A stretch of DNA of 64,000 nt from positions 3,519 to 67,518 of IMG/VR virus record IMGVR_UViG_3300032665_001045. One strand, written 5' to 3'. This DNA comes from a virus. A program made the translations under genes and the position numbers. How positions within the stretch are numbered: position 1 is the stretch's first letter; the number at the start of each line of letters is the position of its first letter. This document shows, piece by piece, positions 24,301-33,500 of this stretch. A model generated the notes under the pieces. It searched no databases and had not been told where the DNA came from. It saw only the letters and a program-made list of their open reading frames with translations.

Positions 24301-24550
24301 AAATATTATTCTGTAAATCACGAACAACTACACTTGGTTCAAGTTGATAATTTTGTCTATCACTGGTATATTCTGTGATATAACTATCCCCTGTCTTATA
24401 TGTAGGAGCAAATTTTCTACCAATATATCCATATAATGTTGTTAAGTTAGGTTCACTAACTAATTGATCCATTGTAGCTGATAGAAATTTTTGATTAGTA
24501 TCAGATTGGAATATTACAGGAAGAAAATTTAAAGTTTTTATAGCTGCCAT
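12347..24550 (-). CDS. Giant (4067 aa) baseplate wedge/structural protein with FG-GAP beta-propeller
   Basis: Uninterrupted ORF next to gp6; YIDEVKPYRTKVREY wedge-type motif; about seven FG..S/T....L.VGAP repeats; CBM5/12-like W...Y..GDIV.Y segments. Confidence 0.75.
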   Translation of the reverse strand: MAAIKTLNFLPVIFQSDTNQKFLSATMDQLVSEPNLTTLYGYIGRKFAPTYKTGDSYITEYTSDRQNYQLEPSVVVRDLQNNISFFSSYPDLLNKIKYYGGIVNNHSRLFDSEYYSFDPLISFDKFVNFSQYYWLPNGPDPVMVDTTGIELTKTWVVTRDTTNNQYVFTSEGEVDNSLTFARGGTYTFVVNQPGYPFWIQSQLGTSGVLSATPTISSRDVLGVTNNGTDSGVITFQVPQSTAQDVYLSMPTIYNVDYATPLAYSDLENQFISQFLAAFPQYGGITGTLDGKYLIFANQGLLENQQNIWTAPAVIDPITQATIPGYDAGTVVPDSEQYGIWQVKLVTVPGVTDKLIRLVYIQDVAVNQKVYVRYGLVNANKDFYKDYDGFFHQVPLITASANVLYIQDGINSDINDSIKLVEFSNWSIDVENDILGKLNYTSPNGVQFTTGLKIQFGTDVTPSTYQNNQYYVEEVGSANGIRLVDVNLLVTPEAYHNELALNYPDEIFPDYITINRSSVDLNAWSRNNRWFHRQVITDTAAYNNTVPVFDQSLRATRPIIQFNPDILLLNYGRIGKQPIDILDTTTLDAFTQLQGQPLTEAFGITVTDGLRVLFANDIDPLVKNRIYVVNLVQYQVDENGLPTGTQYIDLTLADDGVASAYDTLVVLQGKYAGSQWWYDGVNWNDSQQKTGLQQPPLFDVFDSTGKSFSTYNRSTFAGTQLFGYLKSSAGVNDPVLGFPLSYRNLTTQGEMEFQTYFSTDTFNYVDSLVTTMDVSSGFLQTIVDANTLEPRNTWQTVVEYTKQYQLIGYIANGINSVFPIDVTPDTQASIPYLKVYHNYTYLEQSQWLYIGNSVRLTIDQTFTGDGVTKTFTVTNGNTVNGVVVIVDNIVQTPLQFGVSGSTILFATAPDAGANIDIRVISVPDEGDKIDILVYSSEVSKIGSYQIPTNLELNAQNTDISTMTLGQIRNHLVALAQNSTTVVGNVLGSSNLRDIEINSQGGTILQNSAPVPHSAIFLLDNTANFIDATRYAQQEYTKFKNKFLNLSASLNGIDPNDPVSSVDLILTTINSIKNKSFPWYYSDMVPYGTLKNTLTYTVFDPLTTDYELTTIFNNQQLSNLAVLVYLNGEQLVVGIDFNFRTDRPSVTFYDIVNQVWLTNFNVGDVITIVEYANTDGAFVPETPTKLGLWPKFIPEMFLDDTYRYVDPTTNIQGINVIRGHDGSITPAFNDYRDSFLLELELRIYNNIKLPDVGTYEDILSVIPGKFRTTDYALAETTQIVSQSFLHWLGNNKLDFSTNETFDSSDAFTWNYSNFVDRINGERLPGSWRACYQYFYDTFRPHLTPWEMLGFTAMPSWWVEFYGPAPYTGGNKLLWDDLEAGMIRFGPRQGIDSNYVRTGLSQIIPVDDNGNLLSPAAILTASFNSIKAGNSWSVGQYGPVEYAWRNSSDFPYAVQLALAVAKPGRFFGLLADTYNYTYNYTIGQYLTSNTNQHLTQFDVDFNGDTTSGTPYRGAGYINWIADYLTSQGINPASYITPLLQNYKVELAYKAGGFTDQKYLQVLAEQVSPASTSNSIVVPNENYSVYLYKSTPIQTLTYSAVIVEKTENGYSIRGYNLNDPYFTIIPSEINSNAVGISVLNNTATVFKDYQNLKLTVPYGYEFTTQQQVVDFLISYERYLIAQGFTFTDSDPQLGEIRNWTLSSKEFLFWTQQGWSNGSIIVLSPVANVLNAISISAITDGIEDSQYGSKVLDQNFGLVKNNNYDVLRSPNTFKLTLNDSASVIGYVEINLVQYEHVLVFDNTTVFNDVIYQPETGNRQYRLKLIGQKTALWNGSLSAPGFIYSSGEIDIWDQGTDYLKGDIVQYKNQYYTALQNIIANPEFQFQFWQQLNRTQIQTGLLPNFATLAVESQSYYDSYGEIKDKDQIEYSHALIGFKPRQYLSDLGLSETTQIEFYKGFIAQKGSANAVNQMLTATFDNLSSEIAFYEEWAMRVGEYGALDSNPYIEIPLDEKAFGVNPSIAQFVAGINNNTGNGITIFNSNQLYKSEGSYTGNIALSRTSHSNYDNDIPTAGYVNINDVDLTIFDLANYQDLDNNISQMGSGYRIWVAKDFTQNWNVYRVTETNNGITTVSNSLNGYVTFTTSSPHQLTLTQVFIVQNFNSAFDGFYQVYKIVDDYNVMVAYSGDTSKLTTLSGSGLLLVLDSLRFTYMEDARIFGLTNPPNGWQVGEKIWIDDDAATTSTQGQPFTTVSGTWKVYEKAHPWTLQQPLTKNTNEYFSNDGFGSSVKMSADNMVIVSGSPTSGNTGIVNTFLKDYQGNYNENLSLIPDAGNVITPTSGFGTTVDLAQDALNNTILAVGAPSSYNNLGYVYIYNKPSAAYKFAKAQVIVGNVASTNDAFGSSIAFNQDGEWMFVGAPNNNKVYAYGLNRFVPVQSTIISVPSSTAALTLPFTPYATNDATSLLITSNSRTFIPNIDYTLSGKIVYFTALLSASDITIVQQPYYSLVTTLTIPTSNVNSQFGYALSSSFDGAQMAVGAPGDTVTDANGINQPGAGSVWVYDRVIEAFNTTGAQVYTTKNTIANIYKVTLDGIEVNDYFVSSANTITFVSPPPVGHILYIEVNQFNLLEQLVGVDSLQGGLQAIQANAAFGTSLTICSNNCAIYVGAPYYSNGLEHNSGAVWKFHNRGRLYGTNTGYQLNPVFTTGDTIRLNNFEVTVANISTPSSNVASLNDLVTNINDADILGISAVNQGGYLRLNSDVTVFKDQLRIVSGVRQPGSPGVYVDADLRVFAFMQIIINPYGMSGEFFGSKVKLASSAYMLVIGSGRGTTKADTTYDVLTTASGTIFDHHSTRWLDAIPSSGSVYIYELYDDPRNVVEHPGRYQFAQQLNPGSLVPGAEFGYALDIEGQYITVTAPGSTVNGEPTGTGTIYVFQNPTLERGWNLIRYQQDKVDVDSISRIYLYNSLSNQILENLQFIDPAKGKILGQAEQEISFKTEYDPAIYNRGSNPAADINTNVYWGTMQVGKVWWNLSQVRYIDYEQDTLTYRSINWGNLFPGSVIEINEWVQSSVLPSKYVANGGDGVPKYADDSAYVEIITVDPITDIIGSVYYFWVTGKTTVDPNNTERSIPTTSIQDIILNPKNQGIAYAAVIQNSAIILYNVGSYLSAKNTILHLDYQLLINTNIIHSEYQLVQKGKPNGIIPDRVVNKLIDSLAGIDNQGAAVPDPGLSLANSYGISIRPRQSMFVDRLTALSELIAYVNSIFVINPITEEFNLTALNDQEPVPNAKLNAYDLSIDTDAELAYINVNGLTPGYVVLVLNDSTQDGLWVLYQLQEDLTWGIYQVQSYKNSLYWSYIDWYATGYSSGTKPTYSVSTQVDALKLSLAIGDIVKVNNSDRGGWILLLVESTAPTFTTVGIQNGTIQLDSSLSDFANNEIGFGNQGFSTNRYDQNPNIEIRSIVTAIKDTIFINQLEGNFNNLFFILINYLLTEQTYVDWLFKSSFISVVHQLRTLSQFPSYTPDNQTYYQDYIDEVKPYRTKVREYLINYSGSDTFNGSITDFDLPSYYDTSTITSIFRSPSGEYPYTAEDEATWQTFPYNQWYQNRTLQVDSILIENPGYGYTTPPSITIVGGGATAGGATANCYIDGNTGEITAINVITPGSGYVTTPTIIINGSANIAATAYATLKNYQVRSFDTTIKFDRITYSSTVQDWQPNTAYTAGTIVSYASSEGNTSIRSAYQVTEDITTGAIFNPLDYTVLSANSFSNANDRIIGYYQPSASMPARDLTQLVPGVDYPGVQVLGADFDLNPNYGSLFGGILDNIDYDDNGSPILSQASLDTIIQSQFTDAALGTRAEDINVDGGAYVDQYASHAPEELVPGIVFDTLDMRIYTKINSGANVIAYRVFNNMLNQTSYLRISTAYTTTLSANLALTDTTISVVNASALTPPSIANNTPGVVFIGGERITYWTIDLVNNVLGQIRRGTQGTAAVSLYTSGTSVIDGGIDQNIVGSSNYSWTPTVNVTDTTTSSNTYTFIANVTYTRNYANVFYNHGISTAIDGTGLTGSTTPAALFLKAYPIS

Positions 24551-24577
24551 CGTTATATCTCAAAGGTTATATAGTAT

Positions 24578-27500
24578 TTAAGCCAACGCAATTTGGTTGA
24601 TTTGTGCCGCAGTAATCGCAGTAATAATTTCCACATTATCTACTGTAGCTGCACTGGTAATGATTTCATTCACATTACAATTAACCTGCATTAAACTACC
24701 AAACACACTCGATTCACTAACAGGAACAATAATAATACTCGAAATATTTGGAGCCAATGTAGTATGTAGATATGCCGATAATTCACTAAAATAGAATGTT
24801 TCACCAAAATCCCAATTGTCAACAGAAAAATAATTATTAATTGCTGCAATCACACTGGTTTGTATATCATAGTCACTGATAACAATGTTAGGATTTTTAA
24901 TAACTTTAAATGTTGCCTGCAGAGAAGTATCTGCTTTTGCTCCAAACAATGGCTTGAATGCCGCCGGATTATAGATGATAGTATCACTAATAGTTTTATA
25001 ATTATCTAAGGTATTGTATGATAAATCTAAATCTTCACTTGTAGGAGCAGTAGGTTCAGTAATAGTATTTGATGTATCTTGTATCCATGCAATATAATCT
25101 GTAGAATATTGTTTTGTTAAGATGTATAAGTCAATAATATTATTTGGACTTGGATCAATACGGCGATTATTCGGACTATTGTGTCTATATTGGAAATATA
25201 AATTTTGTCGTCCTACTTTAGCTGTATATCCAGTAACTGGATTTAATGTATACACAGAACCGTTTACTGATAATTGATAGAATGCATCATCACTTGTTAG
25301 ATAAAATAATTGTCCGTTAGTGTATAAAGTAGCTGCAATTTGTGCTGATTGAAAATCAGGGTATCTTGAAACAATAGTACTATTATCAACAGGAGTTTGT
25401 ACTACAAAGTTATCATATCCTGTTGATGCATATAGATATACATATTTTTCAGTAGTATTAACTGTTGGATTTACTAATAACTCAAATAATTCAGGATTAT
25501 CTGGGATGCCGTCGTTGTTAGTATCTGGGAATGTTACTAAAATCCTATTAGGATCTTGATACCCATCAACTTCTGTAATACTGTCATATACATACCAGAT
25601 ATAATCTAAAGCCAATGGATTAGCATCATCGGAATTACTATTTGTTTTTAATATTTTAATTTGATCATACACTGTTAATCCTGTTGTAGCATCAAATATC
25701 TTAACTGAATTATCAAAGTAAAAATCTGTTTCTAATACACTTTCAAATACGTAATTCAGCCCACGATAAGTTACTGTATAGGTTTGTCCTACTGTTTGAA
25801 ATAATATTAACCAGCTGGCATCTAGACTTTGTTGACTGGTATTGCCAGTATATTGTAAACTAAAATTGCTAGAATTAATATCTTGCGGTCCAATTATTTG
25901 CCAACTAGATGTTGGTACGTCATAACGTAATCCAAAATTAGAGAATGCCTGTATATAACTTACCATCGATGTAACTAAAGAATTTGAAAATTCTACATTA
26001 AGTACAGAAAATACACGATCAGCAATTGCACCTTCAGGAAGAATCTGATTAATAGTAATTGGACCTACACCATTAGATAAGTTACCTGCACCACCATTAG
26101 TACCATCACCTACAATTAATTCCATTGCAGCATAGATATAATATTTGTCACCACTATTAGATGGTACACCAACTTGAATAGTATTTTGAGCATCGAAATA
26201 ATTGCCAGCACCTGCATTAAATCTAACAATAGCACCTTGTACTATGTAGCTATTTGGCCCACTTATCGATGAACCTACTTGCAACAATTTACCTGTGCTA
26301 TCAACAAAATATCCAGTCGAGCCGTTAGCTAAAGTAGTCGATAAATTCCAATAGATATCTGTTAATGATATTGTAGGGAATTCAGAATAGAAAAATTGTT
26401 TAGTTGTTTGACTTTGTGCAATAGGAGCAATTTGATTATAAATTACTCTATAGATATCCGCAGTTGTAGAATAATCAAAATTAAATGTATTGGTAAAAGG
26501 ATCACGATATAGTATACCATCTTGTGCAAAGATGTTAGTACTTGAATACTTACCGGTTACATCAATAACATCTAAGTATCGACTAATACCAGAGCTTGTA
26601 CGGTTAACTGCTTTAATTTTTAAAATGTCATTAAACAGTGTATAAGGTAAGATGTTATAATCTTCACCTGTAACCATACGATTTTGTGTATAGTATTGTT
26701 GTGGTGCTTTTTGACGAATATCATCAATAGTATCACGACTTGTTGCATTAGCCACAGTATATTGCAAGCTGGCACGTATAGTGATTGTCTCTATACGTCC
26801 TGTACGGCTAACATAATTAACTGGCATAATAATGCCTTGCATTTCTGTTGGTGTAATTTTATAATCTAATCCATTACTTACACGATAATAAACACGGAAA
26901 TTACCTTGTGGAATATTTGCAAAAGATCCGTCGCCAAATACTAAATCAACCTGGTCATTGGCACGAGTATTGATTTGATAGATATTTCTATTTGTACTTT
27001 GATTATAGATAACATTAGTGTTAGCTACTGCTGGCACTTGTGACCATAATACGCTAGGATTACCTGATGAATCTAAACTATATAACCAGATATCTGTGTT
27101 ATTGATGTTATCGACATTGATACTGTATACGCGATTAGGTAAACTTTCTTGAAAAGCAACATCGATAGATTTCAATCCACCTTGTTTAAAATATGTAAAG
27201 AATCCTGTGTTAAGACTACTATTACCTAAGTTATCATTTTTGTATAAAATATTAAACGGTAAATTAGTACGAGGAGCCGCTTCGTATATATAACTCTGGC
27301 CAGAACTTGTTGGACTAACCATTTCAAAAGCAGTCTGTGTTCCTTCTATTTGTGTAGTAAAACTATAAGTAGCTACGGTACTGGCCACTAAGCGAATTTG
27401 ATATTCGTCGTTAGTAATACCGTTGATAATCTGACTGTTACTTGGTTTGCCGATAATTTGATTAGAAACCAAACTGGCATTGATCACAGCCGTAAATTGT

Positions 27501-27961
27501 TCTAACCAATTATCATTGCCAGCATCGGCCCAATTAATCACAAGTCCGCTTAAATTGATACCATTACTGTCATAAATTTGTTCAGTAGTACTAACACTGC
27601 TTACTTTTAGAAAACCGCTGGCCGGAATATTACGTTTAGGATTATAACTAACTAGACGAGCAAGTTTAAGGATACTATCACGGCGTTGTGCTGTATCAAT
27701 AAAATTTTCACGTGTATTTAAGTCTCCACGAAATGCAAGAGATTGACCTAAAAAAGAAATTAAATCAATTAATGCAACAAATTCGCTCGAATCAATGAAA
27801 TCGTTAAAATCTTCTGGGTAATATAGTCTTAAGTAACTAACCATCGAAGCGCGAAGCGTTTCAAAATCGTAACTTTGAAAGTCTGCATTACGAAAGGTTT
27901 GATATAGTTTAGTCCAGTCTTCTGAGACTAATAAACTGGTTTGTCGTGTCGTGGTTGCCAT
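24578..27961 (-). CDS. gp6: Baseplate wedge subunit, gp6-like
   Basis: YDFETLR...ENFIDTAQRRDSILKLARLVSYNPKR; FGDG; QNRMVTGEDY. Confidence 0.85.
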   Translation of the reverse strand: MATTTRQTSLLVSEDWTKLYQTFRNADFQSYDFETLRASMVSYLRLYYPEDFNDFIDSSEFVALIDLISFLGQSLAFRGDLNTRENFIDTAQRRDSILKLARLVSYNPKRNIPASGFLKVSSVSTTEQIYDSNGINLSGLVINWADAGNDNWLEQFTAVINASLVSNQIIGKPSNSQIINGITNDEYQIRLVASTVATYSFTTQIEGTQTAFEMVSPTSSGQSYIYEAAPRTNLPFNILYKNDNLGNSSLNTGFFTYFKQGGLKSIDVAFQESLPNRVYSINVDNINNTDIWLYSLDSSGNPSVLWSQVPAVANTNVIYNQSTNRNIYQINTRANDQVDLVFGDGSFANIPQGNFRVYYRVSNGLDYKITPTEMQGIIMPVNYVSRTGRIETITIRASLQYTVANATSRDTIDDIRQKAPQQYYTQNRMVTGEDYNILPYTLFNDILKIKAVNRTSSGISRYLDVIDVTGKYSSTNIFAQDGILYRDPFTNTFNFDYSTTADIYRVIYNQIAPIAQSQTTKQFFYSEFPTISLTDIYWNLSTTLANGSTGYFVDSTGKLLQVGSSISGPNSYIVQGAIVRFNAGAGNYFDAQNTIQVGVPSNSGDKYYIYAAMELIVGDGTNGGAGNLSNGVGPITINQILPEGAIADRVFSVLNVEFSNSLVTSMVSYIQAFSNFGLRYDVPTSSWQIIGPQDINSSNFSLQYTGNTSQQSLDASWLILFQTVGQTYTVTYRGLNYVFESVLETDFYFDNSVKIFDATTGLTVYDQIKILKTNSNSDDANPLALDYIWYVYDSITEVDGYQDPNRILVTFPDTNNDGIPDNPELFELLVNPTVNTTEKYVYLYASTGYDNFVVQTPVDNSTIVSRYPDFQSAQIAATLYTNGQLFYLTSDDAFYQLSVNGSVYTLNPVTGYTAKVGRQNLYFQYRHNSPNNRRIDPSPNNIIDLYILTKQYSTDYIAWIQDTSNTITEPTAPTSEDLDLSYNTLDNYKTISDTIIYNPAAFKPLFGAKADTSLQATFKVIKNPNIVISDYDIQTSVIAAINNYFSVDNWDFGETFYFSELSAYLHTTLAPNISSIIIVPVSESSVFGSLMQVNCNVNEIITSAATVDNVEIITAITAAQINQIALA

Positions 27962-28008
27962 GCTTATTTCCTGTTATAATGTATTTATTATAAGGAAAAA
28001 GTGGGTAG

Positions 28009-28389
28009 TTAATTAGTCACTGATAGACTATTTGCTTGGTTATCAAACTGCAAACTCATTACACTTGACTGGTCAGTTTGAAGATATCTGATGTTCAAAA
28101 CAATCTGTAGACCTTGTTGAAATTCTGTAACAACTATGTTATCGAAACTAACACGTGGATCATAATTAGCAATGGCTTCGATGTCAGAAGTTATTACGCC
28201 TTTAAGCTCTTCTGTAAATGGTTCATGAAGTACATTCCAAATAATGGTCCCAAAACTAGGATTCATTAATTTTTCACCTTTGCGGATATTAAAGTGGTTA
28301 ATAATGTCTCGTTTAACTAACTCCATATCAGTTAAACGAAATTTTTTATTATCAACTAATGTACTAAAACCTTTATATATAGTAGCCAT
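28009..28389 (-). CDS. gp25: Baseplate wedge subunit, gp25-like
   Basis: D.ELVKRDI.NHF..RKGEKLMNPSFGT.IW..L.EP...YDPRV. Confidence 0.9.
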   Translation of the reverse strand: MATIYKGFSTLVDNKKFRLTDMELVKRDIINHFNIRKGEKLMNPSFGTIIWNVLHEPFTEELKGVITSDIEAIANYDPRVSFDNIVVTEFQQGLQIVLNIRYLQTDQSSVMSLQFDNQANSLSVTN

Positions 28390-28408
28390 AAAAATATTTA
28401 TCCTAAAA

Positions 28409-30511
28409 TTATACTGTCGTTGATGGTGCTTGATCTAACGTAGATATTTGTGGTGCTAATACAGCTACAGCATATTGTCCTTTAGCAAAATAATCAGCCC
28501 CTGTAGTTCCATAAGCATCTGATCCGCTTTGTCCGTTACGATAATTTTTGGCGCCGCCAGGACCCAATAAATGAGCTACAGCCAACATACCAGCAACATC
28601 AGCTGGGGATTGATCACTTGTAACTGCACCAATTTTAACCATTGCAGTATAATTACGCTTAGTGTAAGCACACATTGCTGCTTCCTGTTCTGGACCATTA
28701 GCTAACCAAGCAGTTAGGCTATCAATTCCGTTTTTGTTTGGACTCCACATATTAGGGTTTTTAAGTTGTGCGTTTGATTTACAAGTTTTACTTACATACC
28801 CGCCATCAATAAGTGCAGGATATCCAAATTGGTACTTACCTACAAAACCAATTGAGTTTACAACATCATACTTGCCACCACTTTCGCTCTTGCCTATTGT
28901 AGTATAGTAAGCAGTTAATTGGTCTGAAGTTAAGTTACCAACTGAACAGTCACACTTAGGTTGATTGCGCAGATCAGTTGCAGTAGCAGGATTTTTAATA
29001 ACTGTTCCTCCAGTGTTCTTTGTTGCATCTTGTGTACCGGTATATGTGCTAGGTTGTAATCCTGGTGAAGTTGTTGCTGCATAAGGAGCTGCACCACGAG
29101 CATATGGTTCATGTGTTGGTGCCACTGTTACAATAGTATTCAATACACCTGGATTAGAAACATACAGTCCAGTAGCCGAATTTAAACTTACATCAGGTAA
29201 GCTGTTAACAGGTATACTTGCCAGAGCCGATATAGATTGTGTGCCACCACTGTTTTGTTTAACTAATGATCCTTCATAAGCAACAGTGCCACCCGATTTA
29301 ATACTCACTGTAGCACCAGCATCAATGATAAATGTAGATCCTGATTTGCATCCTATACTGCCACTTGATTGTAAATTAAGTGCACCGGTTAATATAGTAG
29401 TCGTAGAATTGTTTATATTCAATCCACTAGATGCTATATTAATATTGTTTACAGCATTGAAATTAATATCTTGATCTGCATGAAAGTTTAAACTACCTGT
29501 TGTTCTAACATTAAACCCATTTGTAGCAAATATATTCACAGCCCCATTTGAATCTAATTCTACCCAACTTGTTCCATCGGCATGACCGATATAAATTGAG
29601 TTATCTGTATCGTGCATCATCAATTGATGCCCTTTACCTGTACGCAATCTAATTAATTGATCTACACCAGTAATACTACCATCATCCATAAGGAATGTAT
29701 GGCCACCACGACGTGTAGTATATGTATAGTCTGCTTCTGTTAACGTACCTGCTTGTACTTTAGCCAAGAATGCCTCAGGATTTTCTGCTCCATTATCTGG
29801 ATAAGGACGACCCGGTGTACTGATTCCAAATACATTGCTAGGTGTTTCGCGTTGACTACTACTTGTAATAACGCCTCGAGTTGTGTCACGATCTAATCCC
29901 TGTACTTTTAAAATATTGTACTGCGGTTCATGTATAGGTTTAGGATTTGTTGTAAAAGATTGTTGTTGATATGTATCTTTATTGTTTTCATTGAATTCTG
30001 TTACTGGAGCAGGTGTACCTTGTTGATACGATTTAGTAACGTCTGCGCTGGCACCTGATAAATCAACATTTGTACTTCCTGCAATTGCAGGAATCATATA
30101 TCTACTGATATGTGAATTTATACAGCCAATCCAATAACCACGCATAGGATCACCTGCAATGAATACAACTATCACTTCTACTCCGATGTCAGGTGGAACC
30201 ATCCACATACCGTAGGTATTGGGTGTATTGCCATATTTGTTAGTTTCATTAGGGCTACCGTTTGTGCCTACTGGTGTAATATTAGTAGTGCCCATAAACG
30301 GACTCGAATAACTGGCTGTTCTCCAATTTTTACTATCGTTTTGATCTCCGCCGAGATCAGGTATCCATACTTGCAATCTACCACATCTAGTAGGATCTAA
30401 GTTATTCATTACAATACCTATATAAGGATGTGGGTCAACTCGCGTGCCGGGAGCTTCCTCTCGGCGTTGACTTTTCATGACCTTATTACCCTGTCTATAA
30501 TCTAATGCCAT
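28409..30511 (-). CDS. gp5: Baseplate central spike, gp5/VgrG-like, with C-terminal lysozyme-like domain
   Basis: OB-fold DPTRCGRLQVWIP...PPDIGVEVIVVF; GGHTFLMDD...RLRTGKGHQ beta-helix; C-terminal ESGGKY...GKYQFG...AHLLGPGGA. Confidence 0.8.
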   Translation of the reverse strand: MALDYRQGNKVMKSQRREEAPGTRVDPHPYIGIVMNNLDPTRCGRLQVWIPDLGGDQNDSKNWRTASYSSPFMGTTNITPVGTNGSPNETNKYGNTPNTYGMWMVPPDIGVEVIVVFIAGDPMRGYWIGCINSHISRYMIPAIAGSTNVDLSGASADVTKSYQQGTPAPVTEFNENNKDTYQQQSFTTNPKPIHEPQYNILKVQGLDRDTTRGVITSSSQRETPSNVFGISTPGRPYPDNGAENPEAFLAKVQAGTLTEADYTYTTRRGGHTFLMDDGSITGVDQLIRLRTGKGHQLMMHDTDNSIYIGHADGTSWVELDSNGAVNIFATNGFNVRTTGSLNFHADQDINFNAVNNINIASSGLNINNSTTTILTGALNLQSSGSIGCKSGSTFIIDAGATVSIKSGGTVAYEGSLVKQNSGGTQSISALASIPVNSLPDVSLNSATGLYVSNPGVLNTIVTVAPTHEPYARGAAPYAATTSPGLQPSTYTGTQDATKNTGGTVIKNPATATDLRNQPKCDCSVGNLTSDQLTAYYTTIGKSESGGKYDVVNSIGFVGKYQFGYPALIDGGYVSKTCKSNAQLKNPNMWSPNKNGIDSLTAWLANGPEQEAAMCAYTKRNYTAMVKIGAVTSDQSPADVAGMLAVAHLLGPGGAKNYRNGQSGSDAYGTTGADYFAKGQYAVAVLAPQISTLDQAPSTTV

Positions 30512-30518
30512 TTATTGA

Positions 30519-33500
30519 TTATCCTGTTAATGTAATTGTTGGAGCAGGACCGTAAGTATTACTACTGTATGTAACCACAACCCCTGTAGTTGCATTTGGC
30601 GGTGGTTGAATATTAGATGCCTGATCTGCTAAAGAATTTATTTGAGTATTTAATGTTGTTACTTGACTGCTAAGATCATTTAGTTGACCTTGTAATTGTG
30701 CATACTGTGGATATTTTGCACCTATTTCTGATGTGCTCATATCAGCAACTGTTGGGTCACTTGATATTAATTGATCTTCTAATGCAGTAAAGGCCGAAGA
30801 AACACTATTACGTTGTGCAGCTAACGTATCTCGTTGCGAAATAGCCGCAGTAAGTTGTGATGAAAGATTTTGTAATTGTGATTGATATTGTGAATTAGCC
30901 TGTGAATCTACTTGCGCTGGAGTTGTAGGAGCATTAGCATTGGTTCCAATGCTGGTAGTATTAACTACAGCTTGTGGTTCATTTTGAGTAGTAATATCTT
31001 GTGTTGGTGCATTATTAGCAGTATCTGATAGATTAATTTGATCTGCTGTGGTTATCGGTGGTGGATTATCTTCTACAGGTGCACTGTTTGGTGCTACAAC
31101 ATCCCCAGTTGTCTGAGTAGTTGGACTAGATGTAGTCGGTGGAGCAACTGTAACATTATTTGTAGGAATAGCAGTTCCATCAGCTGAACGTTGCGTTGTT
31201 TGATTATCTGCAACATAATCAAGTGTTGATTGTCTCGGAAGTCTAACAATGTCTAACGTTTGTTCAAACTTACCACCACTAAATGTACTTTCAACTGTTA
31301 ACACCCTGAACATTCCAGAGAATAAAGATGATTTTTGATAGTCCGAATCAAACTTCATTAGACCTGTACTTTCGTCAAGGTCACTAGGAGTTCTAAACGT
31401 TACCTGTATATAAACTTCTTGTTGATCCATATGCAGGCTTCCATCAGCAATTAATCTATCATCTGACGAAGCTGGTGGCGTACTTGTTGATCCAGATAAT
31501 GGATCAACAACATTAACAGGTGCATAGAACGTATCATCTTGTTTGATATATTGTGGATCACCGATAATCTTTAATTGCCCCTGAAGCATATCGCCACCAG
31601 CCGAAGTATATAAAGATTCTTGTGTATCAACTGCCGCTGCATCTTTAGGAGTAATATCTCCGCCAGTTGCACGTGCTCTAGCATCAAGTGTTTGTGGTTT
31701 TTCTTTCATTGGCTGAACTGCATTTGCAGGATCGTCAATACCATCATAGTTACTAGGATTTAATTCGTGATCATCATATAACGTCAACCCATATGTAGCA
31801 GCCATATTCTTTTTATATGCAGTTACCGCAGTATAATATAAAGCATTAAACTCAAGATTAAAATCTAATACATCTAAATTTTTGCCAGTGTAATAATAAT
31901 TGTATAACTTAAGAGGTTTAGTCCATGTACCTTGAGGAGCTGCGGCTATTTTTGTGTTGTAAATATCATATGTTACAACATTATAGGTTATTTCTCTGGC
32001 CCAAACTTTTCTAATAATATCATATCCAATTAATGTTACCTGTGGAACAACTTTAAACCATTTTAACGGTAAATCTTTATTTTTAAGTTTAGCAGCTTGA
32101 TAGGCTGCCGAATCTGATCCAAAATCTTCCGGTACCACTAATTGATTCTGTATATAATCACTATTACGTATTACATAATTAATAACCATATCAATACTTG
32201 TACCAGTATTAATTGAAAAGATTTGTGTGCTATAATCTAATGCCGCATTAACTGCTCCTGCATTACCGGCTCTCATTGATATTTCTGTAGCTTCATCTGC
32301 CATAGGTGTATCTTTTGGACTTAAATTTTGTCCTAGAATAAATTTTGCATTTTGTAGTTCTGGGGCAAATTTAAAATATATCTTATCCGCAACTTTAATC
32401 TTATTTGTTTTAACCATATCATCAAACCAGGCATTATAAGCACTTCCGTAAGATTTTACTCGATATACTGGATCTGAACTTATAACATTAACCACAGTCT
32501 GATTAACCGTTGTTAGCGGTACAGGTTGTATAGTACCATCAGGTAATACCTTATTGCCGTTAGCATCTATTCCTTGTGATGTAGCAGTTTCTCGTTGAGA
32601 TTGTGCAGATGCAAGATATGATTCACTTTCTGTACTTTGGAAGAAACTTGCAACGGTGCCAGCAACTACTTCAAAATGTGCAGGAGTTGACATTGTTGAA
32701 ATATCAAATGCAGAGTGATTAAATGGTGCAGCTTCAATTTGGTATTCTGCACCTTTATTACTTGCTTTAATATTCATCGATAATATTTTTATAGGGATTC
32801 GTTTAGTTTGATTTGGCACAACTCCTACAATAACACCTGTATCATCAGTAGCAAAGAAATCAATTTGCAACATATAAGGCTGTTCAACATAATTACGTGC
32901 CATAACATCTGGGCTCGAGCACAATTTAATAATTCTATCTACTAGAGTCATACCATACGGTTCGATGATAGTAAAAGATGTTTTAATAGCGTTCGTTGCT
33001 CGACTATGTTCATTTAATCCAATAACTGTATTAATACTCAATGAATCAAAATAAAAATCTTCAGCAAAATACGGAGCACGAATAAATGCATTAGGATCAT
33101 TTGGATCTTTTGTATTATTGTATCTACCGGCACTGGCAATAATTACTCGTTTAGGAGTATACTGTTGAGTCTTAACCACTTGATTATACTCGTCTATAGT
33201 CATCATTGCTAGGCTTATTCCATAAGTATAACTAGGATAGCTATGCAATGGATTCATTAAAGGTGTTTGTAGTGCCGCCGAACTATCTGGATTGGTTGCA
33301 CTGTATCCTCCGCCACCCGGTTCGGTTTGTGGACCATTTGTTTGATTAAAATTAGGAGCAATAGTGTAATCTGTGCCAACTGCATTTACTTCAGATTGAT
33401 TTGATGTTACTGCTGATTCTGCATCTGTCGAAATTTGAGTTGACGGAACTCCGCTCAAATTAATTTGCTCTTGTGTAGATAATTGATTGGCAGGATTAAC

